Origin: Gammaproteobacteria bacterium
GTDB taxonomy: Bacteria; Pseudomonadota; Gammaproteobacteria; Francisellales; CACEW01
Assembly: GCA_020050355.1 (NCBI GenBank)
Contig: JAGVKT010000036.1
Span: 67,115-128,668 of the forward strand
DNA: 61,554 bases
Direction: 5' to 3'
Below the pieces are notes generated by a model. It saw only the letters and a program-made list of their open reading frames with translations, was not told the DNA's origin and ran no database searches. Shown here piece by piece: positions 40,804 to 51,597 of the stretch. A program made the position numbers and the translations under genes. Every line of letters begins with the position of its first letter. Within the stretch, counting starts at the first letter, position 1.

Positions 40804-41493
40804 ATGGCAAAGCAAGAGCGATTAGCCCTATTTTTCGAAAAAGAAAGCACAGCCTTAATGCACCTAACCCAGGGTTATCAAGGGTTTGCAGGGCTCCTGC
40901 TTTACCAACATACGCAACCAAATTTACTAAAAAATCAGGTCAAACATTGCTTCTTTGCTTCAAATCAAAATACTGAAAAAATTGATTGCACAATTGATTA
41001 TGCACAACAGCCTTTTGCTAATGAATATTTTGATATGATTATCCTTTACCATATCTTTGATGAAATCGATCAAATTCAAGAAATATTATTAGAAGCCAAA
41101 AGAATTTTACGTCACGATGGCATATTACTAATTAGCGGCTTTGAAAAAAATAGAATTTGCGCACGTGCGCTACAACAGGAATTTTCACAAAAAAAACATC
41201 TTAACACTAAGTATTGTAGTATTTTAGAGATTCAATCTGCGCTTAATGAATTACAATTTAAATTAGAAGCGTCACATTTCGATTTTTGTAAGAACTCAAC
41301 TATAGAAAAATACTTAAAGCATATTGTACCTTTTTTGGGTACTGGATTTTGGATTAAAGCACAAAAAGAATTATTGCCGTTAACCCCTTTGAACGTGGAG
41401 AGTTGGCAACTAGAATCATTGTTAACACCAGTTGCAGCACGTCCTGAATATTCCACACCACAAAAACAGGTAGCTCATAAAACTTATGAGTAA
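40804..41493 (+). CDS. Divergent methyltransferase-like protein (YafS-like)
   Basis: PF.NE.FD.I.L.H, L.EA.RILR.DG.L.I.GF; syntenic between mltD and rnhA. Confidence 0.65.
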   Translation: MAKQERLALFFEKESTALMHLTQGYQGFAGLLLYQHTQPNLLKNQVKHCFFASNQNTEKIDCTIDYAQQPFANEYFDMIILYHIFDEIDQIQEILLEAKRILRHDGILLISGFEKNRICARALQQEFSQKKHLNTKYCSILEIQSALNELQFKLEASHFDFCKNSTIEKYLKHIVPFLGTGFWIKAQKELLPLTPLNVESWQLESLLTPVAARPEYSTPQKQVAHKTYE

Positions 41494-41914
41494 AGTACAA
41501 CTTTTTACAGATGGCGCATGCTCAGGCAATCCGGGACCAGGTGGATGGGCCTATCTCTTACGTTATAAAGATTATGAAAAATTAGTTTCTGGTAGTGTGG
41601 CTAATACCACTAACAACCAAATGGAATTGCTAGCAGTAATCGAAGGCTTAAATGCCTTAAAAAAAACCTGCGAAATAGACATTTATACAGATTCACAATA
41701 CGTCCAAAAAGGTATTAATGAATGGCTACCCAAATGGCAAAATAACGGCTGGCGTACCAGTCAAAAAAAAGCTGTAAAAAATCAAGAGTTATGGCAAAAA
41801 TTGGCAACAGCTGCAGCAATTCATAAAATTGAATGGCATTGGGTAAAAGGCCATAGCGGGCATCCTGAAAATGATCGTGTTGATGCCGCAGCTTGTGCTG
41901 CCATAAAAAGGTAA
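41486..41914 (+). CDS. rnhA: Ribonuclease HI
   Basis: FTDGACSGNPGPGGW, TTNNQMEL, TDSQYV, WVKGHSGHPEN. Confidence 0.97.
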   Translation: MSKVQLFTDGACSGNPGPGGWAYLLRYKDYEKLVSGSVANTTNNQMELLAVIEGLNALKKTCEIDIYTDSQYVQKGINEWLPKWQNNGWRTSQKKAVKNQELWQKLATAAAIHKIEWHWVKGHSGHPENDRVDAAACAAIKR

Positions 41915-41918
41915 ATAA

Positions 41919-42599
41919 ATGCGACAAATTATCTTAGATACTGAAACTACAGGTTTGAGTCCAACAACGGGAGATCGCATCATCGAAATTGGTGCCATCG
42001 AATTAATAAATCGCAAACTCACAGGAAAATATTTACACTTTTATTTAAATCCCGATCGTGTAATTGCGCAGGAAGCGATAAAAATCCATGGTCTCAGCAA
42101 TGAATTCTTAATCGATAAGCCACGCTTCTTTGAAGTTGTTGCTGAATTGATGAATTTTATTACTGGGGCAGAGCTCGTGATTCATAATGCTGAATTTGAT
42201 ATAAATTTTTTAAATTATGAATTATCGTTACTACGAAGAAACACTTATAACACTATTCATGATCACTGCCAAGTTATTGATACTTTGGCTTTAGCACGAC
42301 AATTACATCCAGGCCAACGCAATTCTTTGGATGCTTTATGCAAACGCTATAATATCAAAAACTCGCATCGAACTTTACATGGCGCATTACTTGATGCTGA
42401 GATTTTAGCAAATGTATTCTTGGCAATGACAGGAGGACAAGAACAATTATTTGCTTCAGAGGCTCAAACGGAAAAAGAAACTGAAATTACAATCTCCACT
42501 CAAGCATTTTCGGAACATTCATTAAAGGTCGTATACGCAACAGAAGTAGAGTGCTTAGCACATACACAATATTTTTCTAAAAAAAATAAGCTTGCCTAA
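41919..42599 (+). CDS. dnaQ: DNA polymerase III epsilon subunit
   Basis: LDTETTG, IHNAEFD, HGALLDAEIL, MTGGQ. Confidence 0.97.
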   Translation: MRQIILDTETTGLSPTTGDRIIEIGAIELINRKLTGKYLHFYLNPDRVIAQEAIKIHGLSNEFLIDKPRFFEVVAELMNFITGAELVIHNAEFDINFLNYELSLLRRNTYNTIHDHCQVIDTLALARQLHPGQRNSLDALCKRYNIKNSHRTLHGALLDAEILANVFLAMTGGQEQLFASEAQTEKETEITISTQAFSEHSLKVVYATEVECLAHTQYFSKKNKLA

Positions 42600-42618
42600 A
42601 ATTAAAAATGAATATCGA

Positions 42619-43962
42619 CTATTTATTCATAATAACTTTTTCAAGGTAATGAATATTGGTGCCACCACTAATAAAACCAGGATCTTGTAAAATATGTTTG
42701 TGCAAGGCAATATTAGTTTTAATCCCATCAATAACTAATTCATTAAGAGCATTACGCATACGCGCAAGCGCGATGGTTCTCGTTGGGCCATAAGCAATGA
42801 CTTTAGCGATCATAGAATCATAATTAGGTGGAACAGTATAACCAGAGTAAATATGTGAGTCCACACGAATACCCGGACCGCCAGGAGCATGAAATAATTT
42901 TATCGTACCCGGACAGGGAATAAAAGTATCTGGATCTTCAGCATTAATACGACATTCAATTGCATGGCCATGAAACTCTACATCTTTTTGTTTTAAAGTA
43001 AATTTTTCACCTGCAGCAATGCTAATTTGCTCTTTAACAATATCAATGCCAGTAATAAGCTCAGTTACTGGATGCTCAACTTGGACACGCGTATTCATTT
43101 CAATGAAATAAAAACGCTTATCTTCATAGAGAAATTCAAAGGTACCAGCACCACGATATTTTAATTTTTCACAAGCCTTCACACAAATATGGCCAATTTT
43201 TTTACGTTGATCTTCTGTAATACCAGGTGCGGTAGCCTCTTCAATTACCTTTTGATGTCGACGCTGCATTGAACAATCGCGTTCCCCTAAATGTACAGCA
43301 TGACCACGACCATCACCTAAAACTTGAATTTCGATATGCCGAGGGTTTTCTAAAAATTTTTCCATGTAAACCATGGCATTGCCAAAAGCAGCTAAAGCCT
43401 CAGCCTTAGTCATGGCAATAGATTCAATAAGAGTTTCCGGCGTACGCACAATACGCATGCCTCGCCCACCTCCACCACCAGCGGCTTTAATAATAACTGG
43501 ATAACCGATTTTTTCAGCAATCTTATGGTTTAATTCTTTTTTATCACCCAAAGGTCCACCTGAACCGGGAACACAAGGAACACCAAGCTTGCGCATGGTA
43601 TTAATTGCCTCAACCTTGTCACCCATTTTTCTGATGCTGTCCGCACGAGGACCAATAAAAGTAAAACCACTATTTTCAACACGCTCTGCAAAGTCAGCAT
43701 TTTCAGATAAAAAACCATAGCCTGGGTGAATAGCACTCGCATGGGTAAGTTCTGCTGCACTAATGATTGCTGGAATATTTAAATAGCTCTCTTTAGAGTT
43801 CGCAGGACCAATACATACAGATTCATCAGAAAGCAATACATGTTTTAAACTGCGATCCACAGTCGAATGTACAGCAACCGTACGAATATTTAATTCTCGA
43901 CATGCCCGCAAAATACGTAAAGCAATTTCACCGCGATTTGCAATTAAAATTTTTTCCAACAT
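42619..43962 (-). CDS. accC: Biotin carboxylase
   Basis: [46 protein letters not shown]. Confidence 0.98.
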   Translation of the reverse strand: MLEKILIANRGEIALRILRACRELNIRTVAVHSTVDRSLKHVLLSDESVCIGPANSKESYLNIPAIISAAELTHASAIHPGYGFLSENADFAERVENSGFTFIGPRADSIRKMGDKVEAINTMRKLGVPCVPGSGGPLGDKKELNHKIAEKIGYPVIIKAAGGGGGRGMRIVRTPETLIESIAMTKAEALAAFGNAMVYMEKFLENPRHIEIQVLGDGRGHAVHLGERDCSMQRRHQKVIEEATAPGITEDQRKKIGHICVKACEKLKYRGAGTFEFLYEDKRFYFIEMNTRVQVEHPVTELITGIDIVKEQISIAAGEKFTLKQKDVEFHGHAIECRINAEDPDTFIPCPGTIKLFHAPGGPGIRVDSHIYSGYTVPPNYDSMIAKVIAYGPTRTIALARMRNALNELVIDGIKTNIALHKHILQDPGFISGGTNIHYLEKVIMNK

Positions 43963-44004
43963 AAGATTTTACCTTTGGTATTCTTGAGTTAGCATTTAAA
44001 TAAT

Positions 44005-44460
44005 TTACTGTATAATAAATAAGGGTTGATCAAACTCTACTGGTTTACCGCTTTCAATCAAGATAGCTGCAATAGTACCTGCATGGTCTGCTTCAATGCG
44101 ATTCATCATCTTCATAGCTTCGATAATACAAAGTGGATCACCTACTTTAACCTTATCACCCACTTTCACAAAAGGAGGGGCATCAGGTGCGGATGCTGCA
44201 TAAGCAGTACCAACCATAGGTGCTTTTACTACATGCCCCTCAGGTTGTGCTGGAGAAGGAGCAGTCACGGCAACAGAAGCTGGTGCAGCAGCAGGCGCCA
44301 CAACAGGCTGTGGGGGAGCAGGAACTACGAAGGTTTCAGAAGCCAAGGTCTGACGCCGTAAACGAATAGTTTCGGTTCCTTCGCTAATTTCAATCTCAGA
44401 TAAAGTAGATTTTTCCATTAAACTAATTAATTTTTGCAAATCAGCAACATTAATTTTCAT
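44005..44460 (-). CDS. accB: Biotin carboxyl carrier protein
   Basis: PMVGT, EAMKMMN biotinylation motif, Pro/Ala linker. Confidence 0.97.
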   Translation of the reverse strand: MKINVADLQKLISLMEKSTLSEIEISEGTETIRLRRQTLASETFVVPAPPQPVVAPAAAPASVAVTAPSPAQPEGHVVKAPMVGTAYAASAPDAPPFVKVGDKVKVGDPLCIIEAMKMMNRIEADHAGTIAAILIESGKPVEFDQPLFIIQ

Positions 44461-44546
44461 AAGTTTAATATCCTATTTTTTTATGAGTTAGTTAGTCACG
44501 ATAAACAATTGTAAATGTTAATGCAAGGGGAAAATTTACTCCAGTA

Positions 44547-44672
44547 TATACCGAACGCATTTCAAGATGCTTCACCTACATCCCTTTCCCTTGAGGTCAT
44601 TCATGTGCCTAGTTTTCAGCGGCAATAGCAATGACCTAAGGAGAATTCACATTTTGATGTACGAATGGTATA
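44547..44672. repeat. ERIC-like palindromic element (degenerate copy, 126 bp)
   Basis: TATACCGAACGCATTTCAAGATGC ... CACATTTTGATGTACGAATGGTATA termini; inner IR CCTTGAGGTCATT/AATGACCTAAGG. Confidence 0.7.
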
Positions 44673-44769
44673 TACCAAATATTGCTAACATAAAAAAACA
44701 CAGTAATGTTATTATTAATTTAACAACAGCAACCTCAGCATGGCCAATATCTTAAGGATAAAAATAACA

Positions 44770-45486
44770 ATGATTCAAAAAAAAGAGCTGCATAATATTG
44801 ATGGCTTACTAATTTTAGATAAGCCCAAAGGCGTTACTTCAAATTTTGCATTACAAAAAATAAAACATTTATTCAAAGCTAAAAAAGCAGGTTATGTCGG
44901 AACTCTGGACCCTTTTGCTACTGGTATGTTAGTCATTTGCTTTGGCAAAGCAACCAAATTAGTTGATCGTTTACATGAGCAACCTAAATCATACGAAGCC
45001 ACGTTAAATTTAGGCATTACAACCGAAACTGGTGACACCGAAGGCAAGCCCACAGCACATAAGCCAATCCCAGAGTTTAACGAAACTTCTTTAACAAAAA
45101 TATTACAAAAATTCACTGGGGATATACTACAAACTCCTCCAATGTATTCCGCAATAAAACATCAAGGACAAGCACTTTATAAATTAGCACGCCAAGGCAA
45201 AATTATTGAACGCCCCCCCAGATTAGTTAAAATTCATTCTTTGAAAATAACCAAGTATACACCAAGTGAAATAGATTTTGAGGTCACTTGCGGTAAGGGC
45301 GTTTACATCCGAACTCTAGGTGAGGACATCGCAATAGCACTAGGAACCTGTGGACATTTGACTAAATTACGACGTACTGCAAGTGCAGGATTTATCGAAG
45401 GAGACATGTTAACTCTAGAAAAACTAACAATGATAAATCCTAACGATCTTACAACGTTTTTAAAAACAGACCTAGACATTAAATAG
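44770..45486 (+). CDS. truB: tRNA pseudouridine(55) synthase (short form)
   Basis: LDKPKG.TS, G.VGTLDP.ATG.L, PPMYSAIK, CGKGVYIR. Confidence 0.93.
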   Translation: MIQKKELHNIDGLLILDKPKGVTSNFALQKIKHLFKAKKAGYVGTLDPFATGMLVICFGKATKLVDRLHEQPKSYEATLNLGITTETGDTEGKPTAHKPIPEFNETSLTKILQKFTGDILQTPPMYSAIKHQGQALYKLARQGKIIERPPRLVKIHSLKITKYTPSEIDFEVTCGKGVYIRTLGEDIAIALGTCGHLTKLRRTASAGFIEGDMLTLEKLTMINPNDLTTFLKTDLDIK

Positions 45487-45536
45487 CGAGCTCTTTAAAA
45501 TGTTTTCATTTTAATATTTAATCAAAAGGAAAAAAC

Positions 45537-46280
45537 ATGAGTCTTACCGGAAAAGTAGCTTTGATTACAGGAGCAAGTCGTGGTATAGGTCAAGCCACTA
45601 TGTTAAAACTTGCAGAGCAAGGAGCTTATGTTATAGGAACGGCAACAACTGAGAAGGGCACAGAAGCAATTCATAATGTATTGGCCCAAAAGAAATTAAT
45701 AGGTGAAGCTGCCTTACTTAATGTCAGTGATCCAAATAGCATAGAGGTTTTATTCAAACATCTTCAAAGCACACAAAAACAGCCTCATATTTTAATTAAC
45801 AATGCTGGGGTCACGCGTGATAATTTAATGTTACGAATGTCAGAAGAAGATTGGCTTAACGTCATTAACACTAACCTTACTTCTGTATTTCGCTTATCTA
45901 AAGCCTGCTTACGTTTTATGATGAAAGCTGAATGGGGTCGTATCATTAATATTGGTTCAGTAGTAGGTACTACCGGCAACCCAGGACAAGCAAACTATTG
46001 TGCAGCTAAAGCCGGCCTCATTGGTTTTTCAAAAGCCCTAGCACAAGAAATCGGCTCTCGTAATATCACTGTCAATGCTGTCGCACCAGGATTTATTGAA
46101 ACAGATATGACCAATGAATTAAAACCTGAGTATCGAGAAATTTTGTTGGAACGCATTCCACTAAAACGTATTGGCAAACCAGAAGACATTGCGGCAATGG
46201 TTGCATTTTTAGCATCTGATGATGCCAACTATGTTACTGGACAAACCCTGCACGTCAATGGCGGCATGGCAATGATATAA
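45537..46280 (+). CDS. fabG: 3-oxoacyl-ACP reductase
   Basis: TGASRGIG, NNAGVTRDNL, NYCAAKAG, PGFIETDM, HVNGGM. Confidence 0.96.
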   Translation: MSLTGKVALITGASRGIGQATMLKLAEQGAYVIGTATTEKGTEAIHNVLAQKKLIGEAALLNVSDPNSIEVLFKHLQSTQKQPHILINNAGVTRDNLMLRMSEEDWLNVINTNLTSVFRLSKACLRFMMKAEWGRIINIGSVVGTTGNPGQANYCAAKAGLIGFSKALAQEIGSRNITVNAVAPGFIETDMTNELKPEYREILLERIPLKRIGKPEDIAAMVAFLASDDANYVTGQTLHVNGGMAMI

Positions 46281-46306
46281 TTTAATGCTAATAACTGGAA
46301 AAAATC

Positions 46307-48091
46307 ATGGATAGAACACATTATTGTGGTGCACTTACTGAATCTGATATTAATAACACAGTGATCATCTACGGTTGGGTACATCGTCGTCGAGATCATG
46401 GAGGAGTCATATTTTTAGATGTGCGCGATCGTGAAGGTCTATTACAAGTAGTTTTCCAACCAGAAGCGGCAGAGATTTTTAAAATTGCTGAGCGCATCCG
46501 TAATGAATATGTAATTAAAGTGCAAGGCTTAGTGCGCCTAAGACCCGATAATCAAGCAAATTCAAATTTAAAAACCGGACAAATTGAAGTAGTTGGCAAA
46601 GCACTAAGCATTCTGAATGAATCTATTACACCGGCATTTTTGCTTGATGATTATCATCAAGTTTCAGAAGAAGTACGGTTGAAACACCGTTATTTAGATC
46701 TACGCCGACCAGATATGCAACAGCGCATAATTAAAAGAAGCATGGTGGTACGCGAAGTAAGAAAATATTTAGAGCATTTAGGTTTTATTGATGTTGAAAC
46801 GCCCATGCTCACAAAAGCAACTCCCGAAGGCGCGCGTGACTATCTTGTGCCTAGCCGAGTACATAAAGGTGAATTTTATGCCTTACCACAATCACCACAA
46901 CTATTTAAACAACTGCTCATGATTTCAGGCTTTGATCGTTATTATCAAATCGTACGTTGTTTTCGCGATGAAGATCTACGTGCTGACCGTCAACCTGAAT
47001 TTACTCAAATTGATATTGAGGCCTCCTTTATCAATCAAGAGTGGATCATGGATATGGCTGAAGGGATGATAAAAACAGTCTTTAAAAATATTTTAAATCT
47101 TGAATTTAAAAATTTTCCAAGAATGAAATACCATGAGGCAATGTATTTATACGGCAGCGATAAACCCGATTTACGCATACCACTAAAATTTACCGATATC
47201 AGTACCCTCGTAAAAGATTCTAGTTTTAATGCATTTAAAGAAGCTGCTCAAGATAAATATGGTCGCGTTGTAGCACTAAAATTACCTCAAGGCTGTGAAA
47301 CACTTTCACGCAAAGCACTAGATGAATATGGCGTATTTGTAGGTCAATATGGCGCTAAAGGTTTAGCATATATTAAAATAAACGATAGAACGAAAAATCT
47401 TGAAGGCCTACAATCACCATTGCTCAAGTTTTTAGATGCTGCAACAATCTTAAAAATTTTAGATGCTACAGAAGCAAAAACTGGAGATATCATATTCTTT
47501 GGCGCGGGCCATAAAAATATTGTCAATGCTTCAATGGGAGCGCTACGCCTTAAATTAGGACATGATTTAAAATTACTAACTCAAGAGTGGGCACCTTTGT
47601 GGATCACAGATTTTCCAATGTTTGAACAAGATGAAGCACGTTGGGCGGCAGTGCATCATCCATTCACTGCACCCAACATTAAAGATATAGATGAGTTAAA
47701 AGATCCAGAAGCATTAACCGCACACGCTTATGATCTTGTCCTCAATGGTTATGAAGTGGGTGGGGGATCAATTCGAATCCACGACCAAAAATTACAACAA
47801 GCAGTATTTGATTTATTAGGTATTAATGCCGTAACTGCTCAAGAAAAGTTTGGCTTCTTGCTCAACGCTTTAAAATGTGGCGCACCACCACACGGCGGAA
47901 TTGCATTTGGTTTAGACCGTCTTGTCATGCTAATAACAGCAACACAAAATATCAGAGATGTTATCGCATTCCCTAAAACACAAACGGCACAATGTCTATT
48001 AACACAAGCTCCAGCAACGGTAGAGCCAAAACAATTATTAGAGTTAGGTATAAAAATACAAAATATCAATGCTACAAAAGTTGATATTTAA
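46307..48091 (+). CDS. aspS: Aspartate--tRNA ligase
   Basis: [41 protein letters not shown]; HGG...DN-type anticodon domain. Confidence 0.97.
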   Translation: MDRTHYCGALTESDINNTVIIYGWVHRRRDHGGVIFLDVRDREGLLQVVFQPEAAEIFKIAERIRNEYVIKVQGLVRLRPDNQANSNLKTGQIEVVGKALSILNESITPAFLLDDYHQVSEEVRLKHRYLDLRRPDMQQRIIKRSMVVREVRKYLEHLGFIDVETPMLTKATPEGARDYLVPSRVHKGEFYALPQSPQLFKQLLMISGFDRYYQIVRCFRDEDLRADRQPEFTQIDIEASFINQEWIMDMAEGMIKTVFKNILNLEFKNFPRMKYHEAMYLYGSDKPDLRIPLKFTDISTLVKDSSFNAFKEAAQDKYGRVVALKLPQGCETLSRKALDEYGVFVGQYGAKGLAYIKINDRTKNLEGLQSPLLKFLDAATILKILDATEAKTGDIIFFGAGHKNIVNASMGALRLKLGHDLKLLTQEWAPLWITDFPMFEQDEARWAAVHHPFTAPNIKDIDELKDPEALTAHAYDLVLNGYEVGGGSIRIHDQKLQQAVFDLLGINAVTAQEKFGFLLNALKCGAPPHGGIAFGLDRLVMLITATQNIRDVIAFPKTQTAQCLLTQAPATVEPKQLLELGIKIQNINATKVDI

Positions 48092-48998
48092 ATTTTTCAG
48101 TTGCTGCAACGAGCGCATTCACAATAGGTGGTTCAGAAGCAGAATGCCCTGCATTAGGAATCATAACAAGCTCTGAACCTGGCCACACCTGATGGACTTC
48201 ATAAGCAGAAATGGGTGGACAAACCATATCATAACGACCTTGAATAATAATACAAGGAAGATGTTGTATGCGTTGAATGTCCCTTAATAAATTTTTAAAA
48301 GCATCACGCTGATAATAAAAATATTCAAATTCTAAACGCGCCAGAGCTAATGAATTATCATGATTATATAAAGTTAATGGCTCAGGCAATAGCGTTGACA
48401 AATTACTTTCAAAAGTAGCATATGCGTAAGCAAAATCTTTTTGCTCAGCTAAAGTTCCGTTGTGATAAATTTTTTCCATATTGCGTAACATATCTTGGTA
48501 ATGAGTCGCTTTACATACCATTGCTAATTTTTGCCAATGTTCTGGATAAAAATATCGTACGCCTTCTAAAAACCATTGGATTTCTTGTTCACGCATTAAA
48601 AAAATACCACGCAAAATAAACCCAAGACATGCAGTCGGATGCGCTTCACCATAAGCCAAAGCTAAAGTACTGCCCCACGATCCACCAAAAACCAACCAAC
48701 GTTCGATATTAAAGTGCTGCCGCACAAGCTCAATATCGGCAATTAAGTTTACCAAAGTATTGCCACGGGTTTCAGCAAAAGGCTTTGAACGACCCGCACC
48801 ACGTTGATCAAAAAGAATAATATGATAAACCGCAGGATCAAAAAAACGTCGATGCTTAGGCTGGCAACCTGCTCCCGGTCCCCCATGAAAAAATATAACT
48901 GGAATTCCATTAGGATTACCACAAGCCTCGACATAAAGCTGATGAAGCTCATCGGCTTGTAAATAAAAATGCTGGTAAGGTTCAAGCGCTGGAAACAA
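48072..48998 (-). CDS. pip: Prolyl aminopeptidase (proline iminopeptidase)
   Basis: [35 protein letters not shown]. Confidence 0.93.
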   Translation of the reverse strand: MFPALEPYQHFYLQADELHQLYVEACGNPNGIPVIFFHGGPGAGCQPKHRRFFDPAVYHIILFDQRGAGRSKPFAETRGNTLVNLIADIELVRQHFNIERWLVFGGSWGSTLALAYGEAHPTACLGFILRGIFLMREQEIQWFLEGVRYFYPEHWQKLAMVCKATHYQDMLRNMEKIYHNGTLAEQKDFAYAYATFESNLSTLLPEPLTLYNHDNSLALARLEFEYFYYQRDAFKNLLRDIQRIQHLPCIIIQGRYDMVCPPISAYEVHQVWPGSELVMIPNAGHSASEPPIVNALVAATEKFKYQLL

Positions 48999-49015
48999 AA
49001 GCTACTCCATTCTAA

Positions 49016-49672
49016 CTAAAATTGATAACTTAAACCCACTTTTATTTGTGCTGAAGCCGCATTAAGAGAAGGATAATCAATCGCACCATTTTTAATAACG
49101 CTATTCCAACTTCCTGGGCTATGCCCATAGACATAAGTAAAATCAGTAAATAAATTTAAATTGTGCGCTATATAATAACCTAAACCTAAAACACCAATAC
49201 ATTGAAAAGTATTTTTGGTTTGACTACCCGAAATAACAGCACCTTGAATATTTGTATTATTAGCAAATGTATTTTTTTGCATGACATAAGCTGGTCCCGC
49301 TTTAACAAAAACATTAATGCCGTTTTCCCAAATCGTCGTAAAAGTTAATAATGCGGCAATGGCACTTGAAGTTATCTCAGCATTTCCATTAACACCACTC
49401 GTATAATAAGATTGACCATTATCAAAATAATCAGCTTCAAGGCCCGCGATAGTAAAACTATCAAGAGCCCAGTTGTAACCTAATCCACCACTCCAAGTAA
49501 AATAACTGCGTTTAAAGCTACCTCCTGAAACAGTAAGATTGCTATCAGGAGTAAATAAAATACCTCCACCTAAATCAGCAGTAATATATACGCCTGGTTG
49601 TGCAATCTGGACAGGTGCCGCATAAGTATAAACACCCAAAAGCAACAAGCCACTTGCAAATATTTTTTTCAT
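49016..49672 (-). CDS. Outer-membrane beta-barrel protein (OmpA-like transmembrane domain)
   Basis: Signal peptide, alternating aromatic/Gly strands, C-terminal VGLSYQF. Confidence 0.75.
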   Translation of the reverse strand: MKKIFASGLLLLGVYTYAAPVQIAQPGVYITADLGGGILFTPDSNLTVSGGSFKRSYFTWSGGLGYNWALDSFTIAGLEADYFDNGQSYYTSGVNGNAEITSSAIAALLTFTTIWENGINVFVKAGPAYVMQKNTFANNTNIQGAVISGSQTKNTFQCIGVLGLGYYIAHNLNLFTDFTYVYGHSPGSWNSVIKNGAIDYPSLNAASAQIKVGLSYQF

Positions 49673-49688
49673 AAATATTTCCTATTAG

Positions 49689-50471
49689 TTATTTATTACT
49701 AGTGGCTGTTGGACTTGAAGTAGTTGCTGTATTTGCACTTGCAGGTAAATTTAACCATTGCGTTTGATTATTGGTATCAGGTGTAGATGTACCAGCAGGC
49801 ATAGAAGAATTAGCGCTTCCTACAGGAGTTGCACTTTGGGTACTTGTAGGAGTAGTAGTTGTTTGCGTGTTTGAAGACGCTGGAGGATTTGGAGCAGCTG
49901 TGGATGAAACTTGCGAGCTTTGTTGCATATTAATAGCCGGTAAAGGTACTTGTGCAGAAAGCGGGGTAGCAGGAGCAGCATTTGCTTTGTATTGTGCGCT
50001 AAGACTAGCTTCGCTCGCTTGCACTTCTGCCGCGGGCCCCGAAAGCTGAGGGTATTTTTGCCAATCATTAAGATCATTGCTACTGCTAATTGACGAAATA
50101 GTAACTTGGGCTGTTGCCGTATTTTTTCCAGGGCTCCAAGGTTGTTGATAAACAAAAGTAACATTCGTCATTTGGGGTGCATCATAAAAACGTGGATCGA
50201 TAGCAAAGTTAAAAACAGCAACACCACCCACACCCGTCATTCCTTTTTTAGCAGAATTAGGAACGTAGCGATAATTTTGTAAACTCAAAAGGTCATGATC
50301 ATAATATTGCACAAACCATTGGTAACCCGTAGTTGCATTTGCAGCTAAAGTAACATCAACCATTTGTTGATTAGGCTGTAAACGAATATTTGCAGCAGGT
50401 ATAACGGCATAACTCTTAACACATAAAACCACACCCATTAAAGCCAACACAGATAACGCAATTTTTTTCAT
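49689..50471 (-). CDS. Chagasin/I42-family cysteine protease inhibitor with long S/T/P/A-rich tail
   Basis: Signal peptide, LAANATTGYQW, GVGG, FVYQQPW motifs; ~120-aa low-complexity C-terminus. Confidence 0.75.
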   Translation of the reverse strand: MKKIALSVLALMGVVLCVKSYAVIPAANIRLQPNQQMVDVTLAANATTGYQWFVQYYDHDLLSLQNYRYVPNSAKKGMTGVGGVAVFNFAIDPRFYDAPQMTNVTFVYQQPWSPGKNTATAQVTISSISSSNDLNDWQKYPQLSGPAAEVQASEASLSAQYKANAAPATPLSAQVPLPAINMQQSSQVSSTAAPNPPASSNTQTTTTPTSTQSATPVGSANSSMPAGTSTPDTNNQTQWLNLPASANTATTSSPTATSNK

Positions 50472-50510
50472 TTTAGCTTCCTTATGAAAGTTTAAGGTCA
50501 ATCGCTATAA

Positions 50511-50602
50511 TATACCAAACACATTTCAAAATGCGAATTTAATTTCACTTTCTTCTCAATAGGAATGAAATTAAGTTCGCATTTTGAAATGCGTTTGGTA
50601 TA
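50511..50602. repeat. ERIC-like palindromic element (92 bp; 37-bp arms, 2 mismatches)
   Basis: TATACCAAACACATTTCAAAATGCGAATTTAATTTCA / TGAAATTAAGTTCGCATTTTGAAATGCGTTTGGTATA. Confidence 0.85.
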
Positions 50603-50720
50603 AACAATTTTCATTATAATCAATAATAAAATTCTTGCTCAAAAATACCTATATTTTTGAGTATTGTCAGTACCAACTGAGACGGCTATAATACAACCCA
50701 AAAGCGCAACAGGAAGTTAT

Positions 50721-51590
50721 ATGAGTTGGGTAAAAAAAATCATTCCCGAAGGAATTCGCACCGAAGCCAAATCCACAGAAAAAAAAGTCCCTGAAGGTGT
50801 CTGGGAAAAATGCCCAAGCTGTAATGCAGCACTTTATATGGCAGAGCTCTCTGAAAATTTATTTGTTTGCCCAAAATGCAGTTATCATTTTCGTCTCGGA
50901 GTACGCGAGCGTATCGCACAACTCATGGACGAGCATTCAATCACAGAGCTAGGAAGCAATATTTGGCCTATAGATTCGTTAAAATTTGTAGATACCAAAC
51001 CCTATGCTGATCGTTTAACACAAGCACAAAAAAAAACAGGCGAAGCCGATGCCTTAGTAAGCGTTACTGGAACGATTGAAAACATCAAGGTAGTTGGCAA
51101 TTTTTTTGATTTTGAATTCTTAGGAGGCTCCATGGGATCCGTTGTCGGAGCACGCTTTATATACGGATTAAATTACGCTCTAGAACACAAATTACCTTTA
51201 ATTTGTCTCTCTGCAAGCGGTGGAGCACGGATGCAAGAATCTTTATATTCATTAATGCAGATGATTAAAATCAGCGCGGGACTTGCTAAATTACGCACAG
51301 CAAAATTGCCCTATATTGTGATTCTGACCGATCCCACCACTGGCGGAGTCTCCGCAAGCCTGGCAATGCTAGGTGATTTACACATTGCTGAACCTAGAGC
51401 CTTAATTGGCTTTGCTGGCCCTAGAGTTATTGAACAAACCGTACGTGAAAAACTTCCAGAGGGCTTTCAACGCAGCGAATTTTTACAAGATAAAGGCATG
51501 GTAGATTTTATTGTTGATCGCCGACAATTAAAAAAAACCTTGGCACGCTCTTTAGCAAAATTGCTTAAACTTCCTGAAAGTAAATCTTAA
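50721..51590 (+). CDS. accD: Acetyl-CoA carboxylase carboxyltransferase beta subunit
   Basis: W.KCPSC...CPKC zinc finger, [24 protein letters not shown]. Confidence 0.97.
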   Translation: MSWVKKIIPEGIRTEAKSTEKKVPEGVWEKCPSCNAALYMAELSENLFVCPKCSYHFRLGVRERIAQLMDEHSITELGSNIWPIDSLKFVDTKPYADRLTQAQKKTGEADALVSVTGTIENIKVVGNFFDFEFLGGSMGSVVGARFIYGLNYALEHKLPLICLSASGGARMQESLYSLMQMIKISAGLAKLRTAKLPYIVILTDPTTGGVSASLAMLGDLHIAEPRALIGFAGPRVIEQTVREKLPEGFQRSEFLQDKGMVDFIVDRRQLKKTLARSLAKLLKLPESKS

Positions 51591-51597
51591 CGCAAAC

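Noticed and set aside
44567-44755. 62-aa ORF between accB and truB
   Set aside because: Starts inside the palindromic element, has no RBS or recognisable motif; probably spurious
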